From Candidatus Heimdallarchaeota archaeon (lineage in GTDB: Archaea > Asgardarchaeota > Heimdallarchaeia > JABLTI01), in NCBI GenBank assembly GCA_030614005.1, contig JAUWKS010000081.1, positions 1-13,299 on the forward strand: a stretch of DNA of 13,299 nt. Direction: 5' to 3'. The position numbers and the translations under genes are program-made. The notes beneath the pieces are model-generated. The model saw only the letters and a list, made by a program, of their open reading frames with translations, did not search any database and was not told where the DNA came from. Positions 1-6,457 of the stretch are shown here, piece by piece (within the stretch, counting starts at the first letter, position 1; every line of letters starts with the position of its first letter).

Positions 1-55
1 AGTCGGTATACGGCACGGGGCTGGAGCCTCGAAGGCTGTTGACTTTTTGGTAGTC
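1..55. ncRNA. Possible fragment of a structured RNA cut by the window edge (SRP RNA 3' end on +, or 5' end of a minus-strand transcript)
   Basis: 27/43 GC in positions 1-43 against an AT-rich background. Hairpin AGCCT-CGA-AGGCT at 25-37. CACGGGGCTGGAG resembles the CGCGGGGUGGAG segment I recall from archaeal SRP RNA helix 5. Identity not established. Confidence 0.25.
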
Positions 56-78
56 AGTAAAGAACTATGCTTCTTCCT

Positions 79-97
79 TGTTTAAAGTCCTTTTCTC
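79..97 (-). promoter_or_regulatory. BRE + TATA-like archaeal promoter pointing toward the left edge
   Basis: Minus strand reads AGAAAAGGAC-TTTAAACA: a purine/A-rich BRE-like run just upstream of TTTAAA (86-81). A start site would be expected near 55-57. Confidence 0.4.
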
Positions 98-406
98 TGG
101 AGATTGCTGAAAGTATTCCTCGTGCTAACACAAAATTACTTGATCTTCAATCGTTTATTCTTCTCCATGTCCTATTTGTCCATATTTCATGACAACAGTT
201 GAAGTCCTTATTTTTTTCAAAATTCTTTTCTAAGATAGTTCGGCAAAGCCTTTGCATCAAGTACAGAATCTCTCCAAGCTATTGGATTTAAATGCGAATA
301 TCATATAGACTAATTTATACTCAATAAATTATTCTCTGGTTGACGTTATAGTATTTTTTGCTAAAGTAAATAACGAATAACTAACAAAACCAAGTGGCTT
401 AATTGA

Positions 407-901
407 TTAGATATCAATTATTGGCAATCCTTTCTGTTCGAGACTAGGTCTTAGATCCCTTTGTCTCAGAGTATCTGTAATCTCATAATCTCTTGTTAAA
501 TAATCATAATAGATTTCATAGTTTTTCAGCATTGAGTTATACAATGATTTTCCAATTTCTTGAATCTCTAAAGGAAGATTGTCAACAAAATCTTCCCCAT
601 TAGAATTTAAACAATAATCATTTCTATCTAGAAATCTTAGAGCTAGTTTCTTTTCTTTTTTCGTTCTTATTGCAACGTGCTTCTTACGCTTATCGATTAG
701 TCCAAGAGTGACAAGTTTTGTCAATAAATTATCGAATTGTGATGAGTAGTCATTTGTTAAATAATCGAAATCAGGACACTTGAACGATAATTTTTCTTTA
801 AATTCAAAAATGAAATCTTGCAAGCGTTTTACTCCTGTTGCCCATATTCTACTATGTTTGAATTTCTCTTTTGCAATGTTTCTTATAGCTGCTAAAACTA
901 C
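407..901 (-). CDS. YwgA-like winged-helix domain; probably the frameshifted C-terminal part of the HD protein rather than a separate TTG-start gene at 823
   Basis: The frame of the 407..823 ORF is open upstream to 949 with no ATG/GTG/TTG before 823. Extended translation: VVLAAIRNIAKEKFKHSRIWATGVKRLQDFIFEFKEKLSFKCPDFDYLTNDYSSQFDNLLTKLVTLGLID...DYCLNSNGEDFV. This fits the G-x-K-x-LQ...YS...L-x2-LG...Y-x-L-x3-GE-x-F pattern of YwgA/DUF4065-type wHTH. A start at 823 would cut the motif. Confidence 0.7.
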   Translation of the reverse strand, partial: VVLAAIRNIAKEKFKHSRIWATGVKRLQDFIFEFKEKLSFKCPDFDYLTNDYSSQFDNLLTKLVTLGLIDKRKKHVAIRTKKEKKLALRFLDRNDYCLNSNGEDFVDNLPLEIQEIGKSLYNSMLKNYEIYYDYLTRDYEITDTLRQRDLRPSLEQKGLPIIDI

Positions 902-2361
902 AGAACCAAATCTTCTCCAATTATTCTTTTCTTTTGAACAAGTTCCCTTCTAATTTCTAAATTTTGGATTTGCAATTCATATCTCAATGTTTCAATGATT
1001 TTCTTTCTATCATATTTTTTCTCTTCGCCATAAACAGCGATAAACGAGCTATCAAATGAATCTATCAATATTCCATTAACAATGTTTGATTTACTATGTA
1101 ATGCGAAAGTCACTGGTTGCGATTTATATTCATCACTTGCTACTCTCTCCTCAAAATCATAGATGAGCTTTATTGTTAGTGGAGGAGGTTTTACATAGAT
1201 GAAATCAATCAGAAAATTTTCATTTAATTTCTTATTTATTTTCCTCTCAAAAATCAATTTCTTATATTTATAACTAGCAAACAAGTAGAATTCCAATCGT
1301 TCTTTCGGTTCTAAATCGAACATTTCTATTTTAACTATTTCTTGTAGGAGATTGCCCTTTATTGCTCTGTTGAGATAATTAGCTTGGATATCATTTGCAG
1401 AATCTTTTGTTACATTTGAAACTAAATCAAAATCAGTCCATTTCTCATGCAAGTCTCGAATCAATCGCCTGTAATCAGTTTCATTTAACAATTCTTTTTT
1501 CTTTCTAAGAAAATTCTGAGTGCTAGCCATCAGCATTTGATTAGCAATACGATTTTTGGTTTCTTGTTGAATTATTGTTATAAGCTGCTTTCTCGAGAGT
1601 AATAAATTCTCTACAACAAACAATTTCTCTGGTTTAAACATAATGTCAATATTTGCAAGATCCTCATCTTCTTTCTTTTTTTGTAGTTTTATCTCGAAGG
1701 AATCCATTATGGAATGAATATCTACATTTACCGGTAATCCACAATGATAATTATCTCTAATAATGTAATCCACTTTATCAAAATCTAAATCACCATTAAG
1801 TAATGGATAAAGAATAGCAATTGGTTTTGGTATTTTAACTAACTTATTTGCTAGGAAATTAGAAATATTTTTCGGAGAAATAATCTCTTCTCCAGAGAGA
1901 ATTTGTTTCAATTCATTATTTCTTATGATCAATTCTTGTGTATAGTTGTCATGGGAATATTTCTTACCCGGATATAATTTAGGATTTCTTTCGAACACCC
2001 ATTCAATAGCATGGGAAAATGGTGGATGCCCCAAATCATGTAACAATGCAGCAATTCTAATGAATTGTAATGTCTTTTTATAACCATTAACAACTCCACT
2101 TTTAGCTAGAATTAAATTAGCATTTTCTTTTAATTTCTTAATCTTACTAGCAATAAGATACGCAACATGCATCGTACCTATTGAATGCTCAAAACGAGTA
2201 TGATTTGCCCCTGAGAAACTAATTGATGCCAAGCTCATCTGCCTAATATTTTTTAATCTTCTAAAAATATCCGATTCAATGATATCTTTCTCTAGTTGTG
2301 TTATAGGTATATTTTTCCAAACAGGATCATATATATAATCAATAAAATCTAAATCCGACAA
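898..2361 (-). CDS. HD-domain phosphohydrolase, SAMHD1/YwfO-like dNTP triphosphohydrolase family
   Basis: Motifs RRLKNIRQM, GANHTRFEHSIG (H59), AALLHDLGHPPFSH (H108, D109), SHDN and DLDFDKVDYIIRD (D195, Y199). TTG start preceded by GGAG. Confidence 0.92.
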   Translation of the reverse strand: MSDLDFIDYIYDPVWKNIPITQLEKDIIESDIFRRLKNIRQMSLASISFSGANHTRFEHSIGTMHVAYLIASKIKKLKENANLILAKSGVVNGYKKTLQFIRIAALLHDLGHPPFSHAIEWVFERNPKLYPGKKYSHDNYTQELIIRNNELKQILSGEEIISPKNISNFLANKLVKIPKPIAILYPLLNGDLDFDKVDYIIRDNYHCGLPVNVDIHSIMDSFEIKLQKKKEDEDLANIDIMFKPEKLFVVENLLLSRKQLITIIQQETKNRIANQMLMASTQNFLRKKKELLNETDYRRLIRDLHEKWTDFDLVSNVTKDSANDIQANYLNRAIKGNLLQEIVKIEMFDLEPKERLEFYLFASYKYKKLIFERKINKKLNENFLIDFIYVKPPPLTIKLIYDFEERVASDEYKSQPVTFALHSKSNIVNGILIDSFDSSFIAVYGEEKKYDRKKIIETLRYELQIQNLEIRRELVQKKRIIGEDLVL

Positions 2362-2410
2362 GTATTATTGCTCCAATCTTCATAAATGTGCTATGTTACT
2401 CTATATGATA

Positions 2411-2424
2411 ATTTAATATTTCTA
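2411..2424 (-). promoter_or_regulatory. Candidate BRE-TATA for the HD gene
   Basis: Minus strand TAGAAA-TATTAAAT about 50 nt upstream of the TTG start. The AT-rich context makes this weak. Confidence 0.3.
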
Positions 2425-2523
2425 ATAAGAAATTATCCTGGTATTTCATGACAATAATTTTTTCTGAGAAAAGGAAGAATTGGATATGAAATCCCAAACA
2501 CCCTCTCAAGAAAACTAGTTAGC

Positions 2524-2531
2524 TTTAAATA
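2524..2531 (+). promoter_or_regulatory. Candidate TATA box for the LVIVD gene
   Basis: TTTAAATA 41 nt upstream of the TTG start, with GAAAA further upstream. Confidence 0.3.
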
Positions 2532-2571
2532 GATGCTAACACATTTGATTCTTTAATTAGCAGGGATTTGT

Positions 2572-4659
2572 TTGGGTACGAGAACTAAATTTTTACATAC
2601 AATCTGTATACTAGTGTTAATTGTTGGAACATTCACTTCATTTGGTTCCAGTTACAAAATGAAGTTGAGAGAGAGTGAAGGCTATACAGCTAATGCTGAA
2701 TTTGATAATACTATATCTGAACCTTCGGGAAAAAGTCTAGAGATGATAGGGCAATTCGATGAAAGTATTGGTATGCCATATACAATGTACATAGAGGGAG
2801 ATTTTCTTTACATTGCTAGTCCCTGGATAGGGTTTATTAAAATGGATATTAGTGATTCAACTCGACCTAATATTCTTGGTATTCATGGTGCAGAGAATGA
2901 ACAATATGGTGGTGAATTTTGTATACAAGATAATATTGCTTATTTTGCTGATTTCTTTTACTTGCGTATTTTAAATATCACAGATTTTAACAATGCTGTA
3001 GAGTTAGAGAGAATAACTGATTTTAGCTACTGTGGTAATGTTAAAGCTTATAGTAACTTATTAATTGTTAATGATTGTGTTGGTTATATCAGATTTTATG
3101 ATATTACTAATCCAGCTAATCTTGTTTTACAGAATTCATTAAATCTAACTCATCTCGAATTTAAACCATATGACTTTGAATATGTTGATGATATTTTATA
3201 CATTATTGGAAACCATGAAGATAACAGTACACTTGTAATCTATGATGTTACGAATATCAATAGTCCTGTTTATATTGGGAATTATACCACTCCATATGAC
3301 TCAAGAGGAACGAAAGTAAAAATTGATGGTTCCATAGCATATGTTATGACCCAATATGAATTCCAGGTATTAAATATTACAATTCCCGCTTCACCATCTC
3401 TCATCTACTCAAAAACTCTTTCTCAAAACTTTATTTATTTATGTGACATGATTCTTGTTGAAGAAACAGTATATATCTTAAATAGCTCGTCTCTTTTAAC
3501 CTTTGATGTAAGTAATAGTTCGGATATTCATATTATAGACGAAGACATTGAACATCCGTATCTCCAAGATTTTGCATTCAAGGATGATTACTTGTATTTG
3601 AGTAATCCAAGTTACTATGAATTAGCAATATATGATACTCTTACACCGAACAATCCTCAAAAAACTGCTACGTTTTCTTTTGGAGGTAATTGTAATGATG
3701 TTTGTGTAGATAATAAAATAGCTTACCTAGCAAATCGAACAAATGGTACTCGAATTATTGATGTAAGTGATTCTAAAAACCCTCAACTTATCGGTTCATA
3801 TTCTGATGGGGATAGTATTGACTTCGTTCAGGTTTCAGGATCAATTCTATACGCATTATCTTACCAAAATTGTTTGAAGTTGATTGATATCTCCAATCCA
3901 AGCAATCCAGTTTTACTTGGTGAATATCAATCCCTATTAAGTAGAGCTGAATATTGTGGAATACGAATTTCAAAGAACAAAGTCTTCTTGGAGCAAGGAT
4001 TAGCAGGTTTAGAAATAATTGATGTTACTGATAGTTCGAATCCAATACTTCTGGGTAATTATACTGATCATTATATCTGGAATATAGAGACAATGAATGA
4101 TTTTGTTCTAGCTGTTACTGCAGATAGCACTAAGGATTTTCTTATTTTAGACGCGAGAGATCCGACTGATATACAATTGTTTTCATATTTAGATTTTGAA
4201 GAAGAGTTTGTCACTGATATAGCTCTAGAAGGTAACAGAGCTTACCTCTTGTGCTCTGGCATTAATCGTATTGATAGCATTCGAATTGTGAATGTTGCAA
4301 TCCCTAGCTCACCAAAAGTTCTTAGTAGTACCAGAATTGATTTTGGCAATGTTCTAGACATTGAAGTTAGTGGTGACTATTTGTATCTTGCTAGTCTTCA
4401 TGAAGGATTGATTGTATTAAAAGACAACTTTAATTGGTTATCTTATGTGGGACAATCTTCTGATACAAATATTTATGGTATTAATCTTGTTGTAGAAAAA
4501 GGTTACATCTATATGGCAAGTGGTTGGGAAGGAATGACAATTTTCAAGGCTTTCACTTCAATGAAATTAGTTCTTCTAATTATCGTCCCGATAGTGATTA
4601 TTGTTGTTTTGGTGATTTTTGTGCTGACCTTCAGAACCATTAAAAAAAGAAGAGGATAA
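2572..4659 (+). CDS. Membrane-anchored LVIVD-repeat beta-propeller surface protein
   Basis: Hydrophobic N-terminal signal. About 13-14 repeats of roughly 43 aa (TRIIDVSDSKNPQLIGSY, LKLIDISNPSNPVLLGEY, LEIIDVTDSSNPILLGNY). C-terminal TM helix LVLLIIVPIVIIVVLVIFVLTF followed by basic tail RTIKKRRG. Confidence 0.9.
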   Translation: MGTRTKFLHTICILVLIVGTFTSFGSSYKMKLRESEGYTANAEFDNTISEPSGKSLEMIGQFDESIGMPYTMYIEGDFLYIASPWIGFIKMDISDSTRPNILGIHGAENEQYGGEFCIQDNIAYFADFFYLRILNITDFNNAVELERITDFSYCGNVKAYSNLLIVNDCVGYIRFYDITNPANLVLQNSLNLTHLEFKPYDFEYVDDILYIIGNHEDNSTLVIYDVTNINSPVYIGNYTTPYDSRGTKVKIDGSIAYVMTQYEFQVLNITIPASPSLIYSKTLSQNFIYLCDMILVEETVYILNSSSLLTFDVSNSSDIHIIDEDIEHPYLQDFAFKDDYLYLSNPSYYELAIYDTLTPNNPQKTATFSFGGNCNDVCVDNKIAYLANRTNGTRIIDVSDSKNPQLIGSYSDGDSIDFVQVSGSILYALSYQNCLKLIDISNPSNPVLLGEYQSLLSRAEYCGIRISKNKVFLEQGLAGLEIIDVTDSSNPILLGNYTDHYIWNIETMNDFVLAVTADSTKDFLILDARDPTDIQLFSYLDFEEEFVTDIALEGNRAYLLCSGINRIDSIRIVNVAIPSSPKVLSSTRIDFGNVLDIEVSGDYLYLASLHEGLIVLKDNFNWLSYVGQSSDTNIYGINLVVEKGYIYMASGWEGMTIFKAFTSMKLVLLIIVPIVIIVVLVIFVLTFRTIKKRRG

Positions 4660-4749
4660 ATGAAAAGAAAACAATGACAATCCTCATGCAATTTTTTTTC
4701 AAGTAAAAGACGTCGAAATTGAAGAGATTCTTGGGTTAAATATCAACCT

Positions 4750-4911
4750 ATGGATGTCAGTGGTTATACAGAAAAACTTCGAGGAATTCTCTCAAAAATG
4801 AAAGGACAAGCAGCAATATCAGCTGATACTGAAACCGCTTCTTCTCTTGATGATGAGGTTCTTTTAGTTAACATTTTGGAAACACTAAAAGAAATCAGTA
4901 ATAAACTGTAA
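4750..4911 (+). CDS. Small 53-aa hypothetical protein or 3' remnant of a longer gene (not in the ORF track)
   Basis: ATG 4750 to TAA 4911: MDVSGYTEKLRGILSKMKGQAAISADTETASSLDDEVLLVNILETLKEISNKL. Amphipathic helical composition, followed directly by an oligo-T tract. The frame is open 9 codons further upstream (RDSWVKYQP). Confidence 0.45.
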   Translation: MDVSGYTEKLRGILSKMKGQAAISADTETASSLDDEVLLVNILETLKEISNKL

Positions 4912-4920
4912 AACTACTCT

Positions 4921-4938
4921 TCTTTTTTTCTTTTTTTT
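4921..4938 (+). terminator. Oligo-T archaeal-type terminator
   Basis: TCTTTTTTTCTTTTTTTT about 10 nt after the stop at 4911. Confidence 0.55.
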
Positions 4939-4972
4939 ATCCCTACAGTGATAGGTGAAACTAGAATTACTT
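4931..4972 (+). repeat. Copy 1 of a 42-bp bipartite intergenic element
   Basis: TTTTTTTTATCCCTACA-gtgatagg-TGAAACTAGAATTACTT. Matches copy 2 at 17/17 and 14/17 around an 8-nt variable core. Confidence 0.75.
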
Positions 4973-5120
4973 TTCAGAATAAAGGTTATTTTTCATTGCA
5001 ATTAGATTTTTAACCTTTAATAAAAAAAGAGTTTTCTTAACTTTCTGATTATCAATAATTTTTTATGATAAAAAGAAGAATAGAACGTGGAAAACCAGAT
5101 ATGAAAGAGCGTTTACTTTA

Positions 5121-5861
5121 ATGGACAAGAAGAAGCCAAAATATTTCAATTCATGGAAAGGGCAAGTGCTGAAAGCAATAATAAAAGATGGTGTAGTTAC
5201 ATGGCGAGGGTTACAGAAAGCAACAAAGCTTAAGGAATCAAATCTGAATAAAGCGCTAAGCGAGCTTTTAACTCTCAAATTACTTACTAAGCATAATCAA
5301 TATTATCTTGTTCAAAATGACCAATTAATAACTGAATATTTGAACTATTTTCAAGCCAGGAAACCGAAAAGGAAAATTGTTAAGGATCAATATCATGCTG
5401 AGCTGGTTGAATATGTTGTTCAAAAATCGCTTTTCGGTGGTCCGGGTCATCAAACGACCATTGAATATCAAACACAGGATAAAGGTACCTATCGTTATAT
5501 TGATGTTTTGAAATGGTCTTTTCGTGATAAAATACCCCATATAGCTATCTTTGAGATTAAACCCCGGATAGATGATTTCGGTGCTACCATTCGTCAGATA
5601 AAATACTATAAATCCTTGATTGATCATCCCTCTGAACCGAATTTTGGTGACTATCCGGAAAAAGAGCTTTTTACTTATTTAGTTCTGCTTGCTACCAAAG
5701 AAAATTTCACTGCCTTTCATCAATTTCGGAATTCCCTCCTCGTCTCTGATCTGGACTTTATTATGTTCGTGAAACTCTCGAAGCGGAACGACAAAACTTA
5801 TGGTCTCAAAGGTTTCAATCATGCAATTTTCAATACTTTGAATAAATGGATTCTAGAATGA
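5121..5861 (+). CDS. Winged-helix + PD-(D/E)xK nuclease (restriction-endonuclease-like) fusion protein
   Basis: N-terminal wHTH (SWKGQVLKAIIKDGVVTWRGLQKATKLKESNLNKALSELLTLKLL...YYLV). C-terminal E115, YID128VL, IFE145IK147 and a Q159xxxY163 motif (ATIRQIKYY). Confidence 0.75.
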   Translation: MDKKKPKYFNSWKGQVLKAIIKDGVVTWRGLQKATKLKESNLNKALSELLTLKLLTKHNQYYLVQNDQLITEYLNYFQARKPKRKIVKDQYHAELVEYVVQKSLFGGPGHQTTIEYQTQDKGTYRYIDVLKWSFRDKIPHIAIFEIKPRIDDFGATIRQIKYYKSLIDHPSEPNFGDYPEKELFTYLVLLATKENFTAFHQFRNSLLVSDLDFIMFVKLSKRNDKTYGLKGFNHAIFNTLNKWILE

Positions 5862-5944
5862 AATAAACTCCAAAGTAGGATACGTTAATTTGGACTTCTA
5901 GACCTGAAAGAAGAAATGTGTGACCTGAGCATTATCTATTTGAC

Positions 5945-5964
5945 TTTATTTTTTTTGTTTTTTT
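5945..5964 (+). terminator. Oligo-T terminator
   Basis: TTTATTTTTTTTGTTTTTTT about 85 nt downstream of the nuclease stop. Confidence 0.45.
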
Positions 5965-6132
5965 AATTGGCTAGTTTAGATTAGTTTTTTTGAAATCTTG
6001 AAGAAGTAGGAGAAATCATATTTCCTTTTTGAAGTTTAAATATAAAAATTGGTTGTAGCACCTTTAGAAAACATTCGTTCATTGAACAATTTTACTTTAT
6101 GTACAACAAAAGTTTTCATTTGAAGAAGTGAA

Positions 6133-6335
6133 ATATCATTTAATCCAGATGGTAAAAACTTTGGTTTCAGATAAGCTAAAAATCAAGTATTATGTTGATT
6201 TAATACATTATTCTTATGCTAGATGTATTTCTTTTAGTCCTAGTGATCAATTCTTAGCAGTTAGTACAACTGAAAAGGAGTGTTAATGATTTACTAATTA
6301 CTGGTAATTGTGGTGATGGTCGAATTAGAGAATAG
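6133..6335 (+). pseudogene. Decayed WD40-repeat gene remnant
   Basis: ISFNPDG (6133-6153), then a frameshift in an A5 run, KTLVSDK...HYSYARCISFSPSDQFLAVSTTEKEC* (to 6286), another shift, then DLLITGNCGDGRIRE* (TAG where Trp TGG is expected). These are three WD40-type strand motifs. Confidence 0.6.
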
Positions 6336-6442
6336 TGAACAAAAACTTCAATTAAATGCAATTGTTTTCATTCCTTTTACAGTACTATTTAAGAAAAGTC
6401 TAAAAGCTCTAGGGTCTAATAATATGTGAGTCATTTTGTATT

Positions 6443-6451
6443 GGAGGGTGA
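6443..6451 (+). promoter_or_regulatory. Shine-Dalgarno site of the FG-GAP gene
   Basis: GGAGGGTGA ending 6 nt before ATG 6458. Confidence 0.75.
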
Positions 6452-6457
6452 TAATCT

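Noticed and set aside
3-14. GCCGTATACCGA on the minus strand resembles group II intron domain V
   Set aside because: The flanking bases do not fit the domain V stem and no reverse transcriptase ORF lies upstream.
1-37. AGCCCCGTG / TTCGA resemble tRNA-Gln acceptor and T-loop pieces
   Set aside because: No D-loop GG, and the spacing and order are wrong for a normal or permuted tRNA.
150-400. Protein-like fragments on the minus strand (YSHLNPIAWRDSVLDAK, loosely like a Tn3 transposase C-terminus; also a 36-aa ORF from ATG 257)
   Set aside because: Short, interrupted by stops in all frames, with no inverted repeats or other transposase motifs. It cannot be assigned.
2518-2540. Inverted repeat GTTAGC-N11-GCTAAC flanking the TATA box
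   Set aside because: A 6-bp inverted repeat is expected about once by chance in a spacer this size, and there is no second copy.
407-5861. HD dNTPase and nuclease as one co-transcribed defence operon
   Set aside because: They are on opposite strands, 2.7 kb apart and separated by the LVIVD gene. Any link needs cross-genome co-occurrence data.
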